Shown here: positions 34,649 to 43,641 of the stretch, piece by piece
Layout of the letters: every line of letters begins with the position of its first letter
How positions within the stretch are numbered: position 1 is the first letter of the stretch
Source: an uncultured Polyangiaceae bacterium
GTDB lineage: Bacteria; Myxococcota_A; Polyangia; Polyangiales; Polyangiaceae
Assembly (NCBI GenBank): GCA_964506835.1
Contig: CAZDNG010000020.1
Coordinates: 14,847 to 78,846 of the forward strand
Direction of reading: 5' to 3'
Length of the DNA: 64,000 nucleotides
Notes under the pieces: generated by a model
Database searches by the model: none
Seen by the model: only the letters and a program-made list of their open reading frames with translations
Told to the model about the DNA's origin: nothing
Program-made: the position numbers and the translations under genes

Positions 34649-35874
34649 GGGAAGCGACCCTCCTCGAACAGATCCGCGAAGTCGTGGTCGGCGGCGACGG
34701 TCGCGAGATACGGGAGCCCGAAGATCCGTTCGACCGATTTGATCAGCGACCGGTGCGTGTACGAAACGGCGCCCACGTAGTTCTTCTTCACGCCGGGCCC
34801 GATCGCCAAGAACGGGATCTTCAAGGTCGCCGAGCCTTCGTCCCACACGACGAAGATGACGCCCTCGTGGCCGTTCACGTAGTCGATGAGCGGCGGGAGA
34901 TTCGCGCCGAGCCAATCGTCACCGGAGCGGATGGTGTTCGAGTTCGGGCAACCCGCCGCGCCGTGCATGTCGTTGCAGAGGTTCGGCGTGATGAAGTCGT
35001 AGCTCGCGACGGTGTCGTTCTTCACGTCGTCGGCGAGGGCGGTGATCGCCTTGTGATGCGCTGCGCAGAACGCGTTCGTGGACGACGGGGGCGAGCCCGA
35101 GACGTCCTGAAAGAAGATGAAGGGGTCGTGCTTCGGCGCGTAGAACCCATCGGCGAAGATCGGGCAATCGCCGGTCGTGGCGTCGAGCCCCTCCTGGTAC
35201 GACATCCAGCTCACTGGAGTGGTCGCCGCGCCCATCTGCGTCACGAGATGCTCGGTCGTGGCGGTGCTATTCGCGGCGCTCGGGTTGTCGTCGGTCGTGA
35301 ACGTGAGGTTCGAACCGGCTTCCATCAGCACGTAGTGCGGCTCGCTCGGAATCGCGAGCGCCAGCACGTCGTTGAAGTTCGACGTGCTCGCGTACGCCTT
35401 GAGCAACGTATCGTTGATGTACGGCGCGTCGGCGGTGTCGCCGATGATCTGCGATTGGTCGTGATTTTCCATCGCGATCACGAACACGTGCTTGATGTGG
35501 AGGCCGCCGTCGCCGGTCGACCCCGCGTCGATCGCCGGCGCGCCCGCGCCGCCTTCGGTCGCTCCTTGGCCACCGGTGCCGCTCGCGCCGCCGCTGGTCG
35601 ATGCGCCGCCCGTGCCGCTCGCGGTTCCGCCGCTGGCGTTCGCACCTCCGCTCGCGGTTCCACCGCTTCCCGGCCCGCCGCCGGTCGCGTTCGCCCCACC
35701 GGTACTCGTAGCGCCACCGCTCGCGCTGCTCCCGCCCGTTGCTGCGCCGCCACCCGAGCCCCCGTCGGTGCTCGACGTGGGGTTCGAGTCGCTACTGCAT
35801 GCCGCGACGGAACCCACGAGACCCATCGCCACCAAAACTCCGACTCGTCGCATCTCGTTCATGCTCCCGTTCAC
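34645..35874 (-). CDS. phosphoesterase-family (PLC/AcpA-like) lipoprotein
   Basis: Lipobox VGSVAAC, then an ~80-aa Gly/Ala/Ser/Thr linker, then HVFVIAMENHDQSQIIG and later DMHG / VWDEG blocks typical of the phosphoesterase (PF04185-type) family. Likely starts are ATG 35862 or 35853. Confidence 0.65.
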   Translation of the reverse strand: MNGSMNEMRRVGVLVAMGLVGSVAACSSDSNPTSSTDGGSGGGAATGGSSASGGATSTGGANATGGGPGSGGTASGGANASGGTASGTGGASTSGGASGTGGQGATEGGAGAPAIDAGSTGDGGLHIKHVFVIAMENHDQSQIIGDTADAPYINDTLLKAYASTSNFNDVLALAIPSEPHYVLMEAGSNLTFTTDDNPSAANSTATTEHLVTQMGAATTPVSWMSYQEGLDATTGDCPIFADGFYAPKHDPFIFFQDVSGSPPSSTNAFCAAHHKAITALADDVKNDTVASYDFITPNLCNDMHGAAGCPNSNTIRSGDDWLGANLPPLIDYVNGHEGVIFVVWDEGSATLKIPFLAIGPGVKKNYVGAVSYTHRSLIKSVERIFGLPYLATVAADHDFADLFEEGRFP

Positions 35875-36103
35875 GCGGATCGCTTCCGCATTTTAGTTGC
35901 CGAGCTGGACCCTCGCGCATCGCGAACGTCGCGTCAAAGGCTTCAATCGCAACGAAATTGTCACGAAGCTCACGACACGGAGCTCGGACGCAGCACGACG
36001 TGATCGTTGAAGGGACGTTCGACGACGTGCTCGACGTCGAAGCCTCCGCGGCGGGCGAGCGCGCGGAACGCGGCGGCGGCAACCGCCGCATCACGGCCAT
36101 TGC

Positions 36104-36142
36104 ATGGGCACCCATATAGATCTAGGTTGCATGGGTGCCCAT
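36104..36142. promoter_or_regulatory. pair of 12-bp near-palindromes (candidate MarR operator)
   Basis: ATGGGCACCCAT (36104-36115) and its reverse complement ATGGGTGCCCAT (36131-36142), 15 nt apart. The second overlaps the GTG start (36135) of the MarR gene. Confidence 0.45.
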
Positions 36143-36695
36143 ACGAAAAACCTTCACCCCGCTCCGTTCGAGTCCCCGGGAGGTCACCGCCATTCTCGAC
36201 GACCTTCGCCGGATCGTTCAGGTGCTTCGCGAGGCGTCACGCGACGCGGAGCGAAACCTCGGCGTCACCGGCGCGCAGCTGTTCGTGCTGAAAGCCCTCC
36301 TCGACACGCCTCGGCTCTCGCTGAACGAGCTGGCGGAGAGAACACATACGCACCAGAGCACCGTCTCGGTGGTCGCGAAACGATTGGTCGACCGGAGCCT
36401 CGTCACGCGGTCGGTGTCGCCTCACGACGGGCGTCGTATCGAGCTCTCGCTCACGGTGAGCGGACGGAGACTCCTCGCGCGCTCGCCCCTCGCCGCCCAA
36501 GATCGGCTGATCGAAGGCGTCGAAGCGCTGGACCCCGCCGAGCGCCGTGGACTCGCCGTCGCGCTCCGGCGCCTTACGGAAGCCATGCGCGTCGGCGACG
36601 AAGCCCCGGTCATGTTCTTCGAAGAAGAACCGCGGGACACCTCGCCCCATGCACGCGGAGAACCGACCCTCGTTCCGAAGAAGCGAAATCCATGA
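36135..36695 (+). CDS. MarR-family transcriptional regulator
   Basis: Winged-helix pattern GVTGAQLFVLKALLDTPRLSLNELAERTHTHQSTVSVVAKRLVDRSLVTR..DGRRIELSLT. Confidence 0.8.
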   Translation: MPIRKTFTPLRSSPREVTAILDDLRRIVQVLREASRDAERNLGVTGAQLFVLKALLDTPRLSLNELAERTHTHQSTVSVVAKRLVDRSLVTRSVSPHDGRRIELSLTVSGRRLLARSPLAAQDRLIEGVEALDPAERRGLAVALRRLTEAMRVGDEAPVMFFEEEPRDTSPHARGEPTLVPKKRNP

Positions 36696-38554
36696 GCCCT
36701 CGGATTCCGGATTCCACCCGGCGAGTGCCGCTCGCGCCGTCGCTCGGTCCCACCCTCGAAAGCGCGCACATCTCGCCACCCGCAGCGACCCTCGATCGTC
36801 GCGTCGTGATCGTCGCGGCGCTCGCGATGCTCGTCGCCGTTGGCGCCGGGTTCGTCGCGCAGGCGCTCACGCGGCTCATCGGGCTGGTGACGAACCTTTG
36901 TTTCTACGGACGTTTCTCCACGGCGTTCACCTCGCCTGCGGAAAATCACCTGGGGTGGTGGGTGGTCCTCTTGCCCGCCGCAGGCGGCATCGTGGTCGGC
37001 GTCATGGCGCGGTTCGGCTCCCAGGCGATTCGCGGTCACGGCATCCCCGAAGCGATGGAGCAAGTGCTCACCAATCAAAGCCGCATCCCGGCTCGCCTCA
37101 CCTTTTTGAAGCCGCTCTCGGCGGCGATCTCGATCGGCACGGGCGGCCCGTTCGGCGCAGAGGGTCCGATCATCGCGACGGGTGGAGCTCTGGGTTCCCT
37201 GCTCGGTCAGGTGCTCGCGACGACGGCCCTCGAACGAAAGACGCTGCTCGCCGCGGGGGCCGCGGCAGGAATGGCGGCGACGTTCGGAAGCCCGCTCTCT
37301 GCCGTCCTTCTGGCCGTCGAATTGTTGCTGTTCGAGTACCACCCTCGTTCGCTCATCCCGGTCGCGCTCGCGTCGACGATCGCGGCCGGCGTGCGACTCG
37401 AGTTCGTCGGGGGCGCGCCCGTGTTCCCGATGCCCGACTTGTCTGCGCCGCCGGGCGCCGCACTCCTTGCCTACATCTTCATCGGCGCGCTGATCGGCGT
37501 GGTGTCGGTCGGGGTGACTCGAGCGGTGTACGCCGTGGAAGATCGCTTCGAGCGGCTGCCGATCCACTGGATGTGGTGGCCTGCGCTCGGAGGGCTCCCC
37601 GTCGGGCTCATCGGGTACTTTGCGCCTCACACGCTCGGCGTCGGCTACGACAACATCGAGCACATCGTGTCGGGCTCTCTGGCGCTCCAGACCGTCGTCG
37701 TGCTGTGTGCGCTGAAGTTCGTGTCGTGGGTCATCGCGCTCGGAAGCGGAACCTCCGGCGGCACGCTCGCGCCACTCTTCACGGTCGGAGGCGGGCTCGG
37801 TGCGTTGCTCGGAACGTGGGCCAATGCCTGCTACCCAGCGATTGGCGTCGACGTTCGGATCGCCGCGCTCGTCGGCATGGCCGCTCTCTTCGCAGGAGCA
37901 TCGCGGGCGCTGCTCGCGTCCGTGGTGTTCGCGTTCGAGGCCACTCACGCGCCCTTCGGGGTCCTTCCGCTACTCGGGGGCTGCACGGCGGCGTTCCTGG
38001 TGTCGCATCTCCTGATGGAAAACACGATCATGACCGAGAAGATCGCGCGCCGCGGCGTTCGCGTGATCGGCGAATACGGCGCCGATTTTCTCGAAAGCGT
38101 CCTCGTTCGCGAACGCGGCGTCCGACCCATCGTCAGCGTGAACGCGGACGACGACGTGCCGGCGGTCCGCCAATGGCTCATCTCCGACGCCTCCGACGCT
38201 CGTCATCAGGGCTTTCCGGTCGTCGACGCCGCGGGCGACCTCGTCGGCGTGATCACGCGACGAGAGCTACTCGACGATTCCGTCGCGGCGGACCACGTCC
38301 GCGATCTCCTGCGACGCGCCCCCGTCGTGGTCACCGATGATGCCACGCTCCGCGATGCCGCCGATCGCATGGCGCGCGAAGGCATCGGGCGATTGCCGGT
38401 CGTTTCACGGAAAAATCCGCACGTCGCGATCGGCATCATCACCCGAAGCGATCTGGTGAACGTGCACGCGGACCGTCTGCGAGAGCATGATCGGGAGAAA
38501 ACCCGACGCCGGTCGAATGGCGCCACGCACGAGCACGGGCGGCAGCGCGCTTAA
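36692..38554 (+). CDS. ClC-family chloride channel / H+-Cl- antiporter with a C-terminal CBS pair
   Basis: ATG at 36692 forms an ATGA overlap with the MarR stop. ClC signatures RGHGIPEAME, GTGGPFGAEGP and GGTLAPLF. Two CBS-like modules at the C-terminus (GFPVVDAAGDLVGVITRREL; GRLPVVSRKNPHVAIGIITRSDL). Confidence 0.85.
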   Translation: MSPRIPDSTRRVPLAPSLGPTLESAHISPPAATLDRRVVIVAALAMLVAVGAGFVAQALTRLIGLVTNLCFYGRFSTAFTSPAENHLGWWVVLLPAAGGIVVGVMARFGSQAIRGHGIPEAMEQVLTNQSRIPARLTFLKPLSAAISIGTGGPFGAEGPIIATGGALGSLLGQVLATTALERKTLLAAGAAAGMAATFGSPLSAVLLAVELLLFEYHPRSLIPVALASTIAAGVRLEFVGGAPVFPMPDLSAPPGAALLAYIFIGALIGVVSVGVTRAVYAVEDRFERLPIHWMWWPALGGLPVGLIGYFAPHTLGVGYDNIEHIVSGSLALQTVVVLCALKFVSWVIALGSGTSGGTLAPLFTVGGGLGALLGTWANACYPAIGVDVRIAALVGMAALFAGASRALLASVVFAFEATHAPFGVLPLLGGCTAAFLVSHLLMENTIMTEKIARRGVRVIGEYGADFLESVLVRERGVRPIVSVNADDDVPAVRQWLISDASDARHQGFPVVDAAGDLVGVITRRELLDDSVAADHVRDLLRRAPVVVTDDATLRDAADRMAREGIGRLPVVSRKNPHVAIGIITRSDLVNVHADRLREHDREKTRRRSNGATHEHGRQRA

Positions 38555-39543
38555 AGCCGTATGGTCAGACGAAGCGTCAGCGACGCTGCGATCGTGCTCG
38601 TCCGAAACACGACGTCCGGCGTTCCGTTGACGCTCATCGTGAAGTCGTCCTGGGTGAGCGGCGCTTCGCCGGCGAGGAAAATGTCCCAGCCGAACTTGGG
38701 TGTGAAATCGCCGCGCAGATCGGCGCCGACGCCGATTGCAAACCACGGACGGTACTCGGAGCGGTTGAACGGATACGACGTCGCAGCGCCGTGCAAGGAC
38801 CCGAGGGTCGTCACGGCGCACAGGCTGAACTCGCCGTTGTGACGTCGCTTGAGCGGCGCGTAGCACCCGCGAATGCCGCCACCCGCGAGTGAGATGGCAA
38901 TGCTGCCTCCGGGGGGGCCATCGACGTTCTGCGGTTGCACCCAGAACCCCGACGCGCCAAACGTCCAGCGCGTGACGCGGAGCTCGGCTTCACCGACGAG
39001 TTCGAGCGCGAAGTGCTGAGGACGCGAATCGTCGATGCCCGCGCCGCCGGTGATCCACGCCGTGGTTCCCACGAGCGAATCCGACGGCACGGACGGAGGA
39101 GCGACCGGCGGCGAAACCGGCGTGTCCGCGTCCATCAAGTCCGACAGCGCCGAGACGACCTTCGTCACGAGGCCGTCGCAGAGCGGCCCCGGCGCCGAGA
39201 AGTCGCGCGCGCCCGATTTGCGACCGCTCGCGGTCACCGTCGCCGCGTAACGGATGTTCGAGCTGAGCGAGACCGTGAGATGCAGCGGGGCGAGCGCGCT
39301 CGTATCGGCGTGCGTTCCGTCCGAGCGAAGGCGCCGCAGCGAGTCGGCGATCACGCCTTCGCCGGGACACCGCTCGGAGCCGATCGAGTGCACGACGTCG
39401 AGCGAAGTCCCCTCGACTTTCTCCATCGCGCTACCGACGCGAGTGTGCGAGAGCACCGCGAGAACGCCGAGCGTTCCGAACCCGCAACGCCGTGCCCGAG
39501 CGCTCCGAACCATCTCGGGCGCTCGAATAGCAGCGAGAGCCAC
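38551..39543 (-). CDS. secreted protein with a beta-barrel-like C-terminal half (unknown function)
   Basis: Probable start MVRSARARRCGFGTLGVLAVLSHTRVGSA (39513). The C-terminal part is strand-rich (WFAIGVGADLRGDFTPKFGWDIFLAGEA...LTLRLTIRL). Its 3' end overlaps the ClC stop by 4 nt. Confidence 0.5.
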   Translation of the reverse strand: MALAAIRAPEMVRSARARRCGFGTLGVLAVLSHTRVGSAMEKVEGTSLDVVHSIGSERCPGEGVIADSLRRLRSDGTHADTSALAPLHLTVSLSSNIRYAATVTASGRKSGARDFSAPGPLCDGLVTKVVSALSDLMDADTPVSPPVAPPSVPSDSLVGTTAWITGGAGIDDSRPQHFALELVGEAELRVTRWTFGASGFWVQPQNVDGPPGGSIAISLAGGGIRGCYAPLKRRHNGEFSLCAVTTLGSLHGAATSYPFNRSEYRPWFAIGVGADLRGDFTPKFGWDIFLAGEAPLTQDDFTMSVNGTPDVVFRTSTIAASLTLRLTIRL

Positions 39544-39617
39544 GTGCCAGGGAAGAAAATAGCGCGCGAGGACCGCGCGGGGGCATTTGCCCCGCGCGAT
39601 CGTCGCGTGAACCGGAC

Positions 39618-40325
39618 TCAGTCGCGCGACGTCGAGGCGTCACCGGGATTGGAGCCGCCGGGCCCCGCATCGCCCTGCGTGCCACGCCCGCCGCTTCCGC
39701 GACCGCCGGTACCACCGCCGCGGCCGCCGGTGCCGCCAGTCGTCCCGCCGGTGTTCACCGGGAACGGCGTTCCGTCGCAATGAGTCGGGGTCGTATTCCC
39801 GGCGAATCTGCTCACCATCGGGTTCGAGGTATCGAGGCAACCGAGCCCGAACGACGACAAATCGAGACCACAGTCGTTGTTGGTGCAGCACCCCGCGTAG
39901 TTGCCGAACATGCTCATCGTACTCGGGCAGCGCGTGTCCGGCGCGGGAGGCGCGGCGCACGCGCCGTTCATGATCGGCGACGCGGTGCCACACGTTCCTG
40001 CCGCCGGATCGACGCAGCACGCCGTCGCGCCAAAACCGGGGATGATCGCCGGCGGCGCGGTGCACATCGTCGAACCGCACGGAACGGGCGCGGCCGCCGT
40101 AGCGCCGCCCGAACCGATCGCGCCGCCGGCACTGAAACCGCCGGAGCCCACCGGTACGATGCCGCCCGAGCCGCCGACCGGCACGATGCCGTCTCCGCCC
40201 GAGCCCGCGGCACCGCCGGTCCCATTATCGCCGCTCGTCCCGTCGTTGCTGTTGCTGCAACCACCCAGCGCGCTTGCGCTCACCAACCCGACTGCAACCG
40301 CGAGCCATCCTATTTGGCGATTCAT
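39618..40325 (-). CDS. Gly- and Cys-rich lipoprotein (unknown function)
   Basis: ATG at 40325 preceded by aagagg. Lipobox SASALGGC. Gly-rich linker, a Cys-rich core (about 14 Cys) and a GGTGGRGG tail. Confidence 0.6.
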   Translation of the reverse strand: MNRQIGWLAVAVGLVSASALGGCSNSNDGTSGDNGTGGAAGSGGDGIVPVGGSGGIVPVGSGGFSAGGAIGSGGATAAAPVPCGSTMCTAPPAIIPGFGATACCVDPAAGTCGTASPIMNGACAAPPAPDTRCPSTMSMFGNYAGCCTNNDCGLDLSSFGLGCLDTSNPMVSRFAGNTTPTHCDGTPFPVNTGGTTGGTGGRGGGTGGRGSGGRGTQGDAGPGGSNPGDASTSRD

Positions 40326-40654
40326 CTTGCTGACCTCTTTCTCGTTCCGTTTCATACACGGCCGGCCCGCACGATCTCGAAAGAAAGCGCATTCGACGCC
40401 GTAACCGGATCTTTGCAAAAAGGGCGGATTATTGCCCGCTTCGCCTCCATCTCGACAGGTCGAGAGCCGCGCAGTCGCCCGGCGACTGTTATTGGCAGCG
40501 CCGCGTGCGGTTTCTGATCGAAATCGACGGAGGTTTCTATTTGGCGAACGCGGCAAGTACCCGAGCGCGATCGATATTCGCTAGTCGCGAAAAAGTTCGT
40601 CAAGCTCAGAAAGGCGATCGCGGCGGACCAATAACCAATACCCGTCCGCGCATC

Positions 40655-41506
40655 ATGACAACGTCGACCTCCTCCGAAATCCGAGAGAAAACGTCGGACG
40701 CGTCGGCCTTGTCGGGCGGCCGCGACGGCGCGATGCCACCTGAGTGCGACATCGCGCGCTTCGTCGTCGGTGACCCGCGGATGTTACAGGTGTTCGAGCT
40801 CGCGCGGCGTCTCGGCGAGGTCGACACGTCGGTACTCATTCAAGGCGAGACGGGCGTCGGAAAAGAGGTCGTTGCCGAGCACATTCACCGGTCGAGCCAG
40901 AGAGCATCCGGGCCGTTCGTTCGCCTCAATTGCGCGGCGTTACCGGCGCCGCTCCTCGAGAACGAGCTCTTCGGTTCGGTGCGCGGTGCGTTCACGGGCG
41001 CCGAACGGAACCGAATCGGATACTTCGAGAGCGCACATGGCGGCACCCTCTTTCTCGACGAGATCGGCGAGCTGCCCCTCGTCGCTCAAGTGAAGCTCCT
41101 CAACGTTCTCGAAAATCGCGAGGTGCGGCGTCTCGGAACGACGGGAGGTCGCCGCATCGACGTGCGCGTCGTGTCGGCGACTCATCGCGATCTTCAAGCC
41201 GCCATCGAGCACGGAACGTTCCGCGCCGACTTTTTTTACCGGCTGTCCGCGTTCACGCTCACGGTGCCGCCGCTCCGCGAGCGCCCGCTCGACGTCCGTT
41301 TGCTCGCCGAGAAATTCTTGCGTGATTGCGCAAGGCGCGAGGGTCGACCCGTTCCGGTGCTCGACGCGTCGACCTTGAGTGCCCTCGTCCGCCACGCGTG
41401 GCCAGGCAACGTGCGCGAGCTCAAGAACGTGATCGAACACGCCATCGTCGTGGGCGACGAGAATCGAATCTTCCCCGAGGACCTGCCCGCGTCGCTCGGC
41501 GTGTGA
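40655..41506 (+). CDS. sigma-54-dependent activator reduced to the AAA+ core (no sensory domain, no C-terminal HTH)
   Basis: Walker A GETGVGKE, the sigma-54 contact loop GAFTGA intact (VRGAFTGAER), Walker B TLFLDEIGE, and R-finger/sensor II (PGNVRELKNVIEHA). The protein ends 20 aa after that block. Confidence 0.8.
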   Translation: MTTSTSSEIREKTSDASALSGGRDGAMPPECDIARFVVGDPRMLQVFELARRLGEVDTSVLIQGETGVGKEVVAEHIHRSSQRASGPFVRLNCAALPAPLLENELFGSVRGAFTGAERNRIGYFESAHGGTLFLDEIGELPLVAQVKLLNVLENREVRRLGTTGGRRIDVRVVSATHRDLQAAIEHGTFRADFFYRLSAFTLTVPPLRERPLDVRLLAEKFLRDCARREGRPVPVLDASTLSALVRHAWPGNVRELKNVIEHAIVVGDENRIFPEDLPASLGV

Positions 41507-41529
41507 AAAGCGGCGGGCCTGCGCGTCGT

Positions 41530-41760
41530 TCAAGGATGGAGAAACGGGGCGGGGCGTGACGGGGGTGCGTTCCGACAATCCGTCAACGCCACCGCCCCCT
41601 GTAAAAGGCGAAATACCTCGCCTTTCACCAGAACCATCCAAAACCGTGCCTTCCGACAGAACGAACAATTGCAGCGATCTGTTCCTTCGGAAAGGTCTAC
41701 GTCGCATTCGAACCGAATCGCGCCGCAACGGCAGCTTCCGCGACGTCTTTTTCGATGAGC
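41530..41760 (-). pseudogene. GFA (glutathione-dependent formaldehyde-activating / CENP-V) domain remnant
   Basis: [48 protein letters not shown] is the N-terminal Zn-Cys half of a GFA domain. There is no in-frame ATG/GTG near it. The likely GTG start preceded by gaaggag is in another frame. The second Cys cluster is missing because the ORF stops 23 nt from the convergent gene. Confidence 0.4.
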
Positions 41761-42115
41761 ACCTCTCCTTCGGCGCCGCGGTGACCGCGCCCGGCGCCGG
41801 GGGGAAACGTTGCGGCGGCCGTCGTCTTCGACGCCCGCGACGACGACCTCGAGGCTGAGCGATTTCTCGACCCCAATGAACGGCGCCGACGTCTCGACGC
41901 TTTGCGGGTCGGAGCTCTTGCTGCCGCAGGCTACGACCAATGGCGCTCGTCGTTTGCTCGGGCACCCATGCCGTCAGGCGCGTCAATGAACATGAAAGTC
42001 GTTTTCAACAAGAGTCGTTAGCCGTGGCGGACGCGAGGTCCCTCATCGGGCCGTGACCTCGCGCACCCGCGCGCTCCGGTGGACCATTCCTCGGCCTTTC
42101 AACGGAGAGAGCCAG

Positions 42116-42763
42116 TCATGCGTCGCGTGATGACCGGGGCGCGAGTTGCAACAAGTACGCGTTCAACATCTCGGAGACGGCGTCGGCCCAGACATCGACC
42201 TGTGCGCGTGCGGGCGCTCGCTCCGAAACCTCTTTGCCGAGCGCGGTCACCGTCATGAAGAGAAGTTCCGCAGCGAGAGCGCGCTGTCGCCGGTTCGCGC
42301 GCGGCGCGGCGGCGGCAACGAACGCCGTGACGATCCGGCGACTGCGTTTTCGCCCCGCGCGAGACTCCGGCGCGTCGCGGTAGACCGGAGCCGCGGCGTC
42401 GAGCGCGAGGCGAAGCGGTGCCTCTTCACATTCGGAGTGGAAGAAGGCTCGAATCGTGTCGCGCAAGCGCTGCGCGACCGGAAGCGCGGTGTTCCCGAGG
42501 ATCGCGTCGATCGTCGCGCCCGTTTGCTCCCACTCATCGAGCTGGAGCCGGAACAGGATCGCCTGCTTGTTCGGGAAATATTGATAGAGCGAACCGACGC
42601 TCACGCCGGCTTCTTCCGCGACACGAATCGTGGTGAAGCGCGCGGCACCCTCGCGCCGGAGAACGCGAATCGCGGCCTCGAGAATGTCGGCGACGAGCTG
42701 CGTCGAACGCGCCTGGACCGGCAATTTTCGGGGAGCAGTGACCGGGGATGGACGCTTCGGCAT
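42116..42763 (-). CDS. TetR/AcrR-family transcriptional regulator
   Basis: N-terminal HTH RFTTIRVAEEAGVSVGSLYQYFPNKQAIL. Confidence 0.85.
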   Translation of the reverse strand: MPKRPSPVTAPRKLPVQARSTQLVADILEAAIRVLRREGAARFTTIRVAEEAGVSVGSLYQYFPNKQAILFRLQLDEWEQTGATIDAILGNTALPVAQRLRDTIRAFFHSECEEAPLRLALDAAAPVYRDAPESRAGRKRSRRIVTAFVAAAAPRANRRQRALAAELLFMTVTALGKEVSERAPARAQVDVWADAVSEMLNAYLLQLAPRSSRDA

Positions 42764-42792
42764 AGGGCGTTTCCAAACGCGAATTGCGAATG

Positions 42793-42806
42793 CGAATATT
42801 AATTCG
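42793..42806. promoter_or_regulatory. AT-rich inverted repeat in a divergent intergenic region (candidate TetR operator)
   Basis: CGAAT-atta-ATTCG, preceded by GCGAAT direct repeats (gcgaattgcgaatgcgaat). This is the only AT-rich patch between 42763 and 42858. Confidence 0.35.
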
Positions 42807-42857
42807 TATTTTGTTCTTCATCAATCGACGCCTCGGAAGAACACCCCGGAAGAACCC

Positions 42858-43547
42858 ATGAACGAACCGAAGAATCCGCACCTCGACACCTTGACCACCG
42901 CGCCCGTCGCCGCGCTCGTGACGCGCCTCTTCGCCGAAGCAGACGCCAGTAACGAAAAACTCCGTCAGATGTTCGGCGCCCTGTCGCCCGAAGAGCGAGC
43001 CGCGCGCATGTCGAACCCCAACTCCGACTATCGCGAGTTCTACGGCCGCGCGAAAGAGCTCTACATGGCCGTGTCGCCCGAAACGGCGCGGCTCTTGTAC
43101 ATGCTCGCGCGAGCGACGCGGGCGCGCGCCATCGTCGAGTTCGGCACATCGTTCGGCGTCTCCACGATTCACCTCGCCGCCGCCCTCCGCGACAACGGCG
43201 GGGGTCGCTTGATCGGAAGCGAGCTCGAGTCGACCAAGGCCGCCCGAGCGCGCAAGAACCTCGACGACGCCGGGCTCGCCGATCTGGTCGACATTCGCGA
43301 AGGCGACGCGCTCGAAACCCTCGCGCGCGATCTCCCCGAGTCCATCGACGTGGTGCTCCTCGACGGGCACAAGGCGCTCTATCCCCGAATTTTGGACCTC
43401 GTCGCGCCGCGCCTCCGCCCAGGAGCGTGCCTCGTCGCCGACAACGCCGACGCGAGCCCCGACTACATCGCCCGCGTCCGCTCCCCGAACGGTGGTTACG
43501 TCTCGGTTCCGTTCGCCGAGGACGTCGAGCTGTCGATCAAGGTGTGA
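42858..43547 (+). CDS. class I SAM-dependent O-methyltransferase (caffeoyl-CoA OMT-like)
   Basis: ATG at 42858 (MNEPKNPHL). IVEFGTSFGVSTIHLAAAL (SAM motif I), VLLDGHKALY, and ACLVADNA at the end of the fold. Confidence 0.7.
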   Translation: MNEPKNPHLDTLTTAPVAALVTRLFAEADASNEKLRQMFGALSPEERAARMSNPNSDYREFYGRAKELYMAVSPETARLLYMLARATRARAIVEFGTSFGVSTIHLAAALRDNGGGRLIGSELESTKAARARKNLDDAGLADLVDIREGDALETLARDLPESIDVVLLDGHKALYPRILDLVAPRLRPGACLVADNADASPDYIARVRSPNGGYVSVPFAEDVELSIKV

Positions 43548-43606
43548 GCTCGCGGGCCGGAAAGACCACGGCAACCTGGACACGAATCGATCGGCGCGAA
43601 CGGGTC

Positions 43607-43635
43607 TTGACGATTCGGTTAGCATACGCTAACTA
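43607..43635 (+). promoter_or_regulatory. candidate promoter with an embedded palindrome (TetR autoregulation site)
   Basis: TTGACG (43607-43612), a 17-nt spacer, then TAACTA. The perfect 6-4-6 palindrome GTTAGC-atac-GCTAAC (43618-43633) sits in the spacer, 8 nt upstream of the GTG start at 43642, so the mRNA may be leaderless or nearly so. Confidence 0.4.
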
Positions 43636-43641
43636 TACCCC

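Noticed and set aside
40493-40508. TGGCAGcgccgcgTGC upstream of the sigma-54 activator gene, considered as a sigma-54 promoter.
   Set aside because: The GG-to-GC spacing is one nucleotide too long, and the -12 region lacks TTGC.
41941-42115. Short ORFs (for example [20 protein letters not shown] on the minus strand) between the GFA remnant and the TetR gene.
   Set aside because: They are too short, have no signal or known motif, and probably result from decay of the GFA-gene 5' region.
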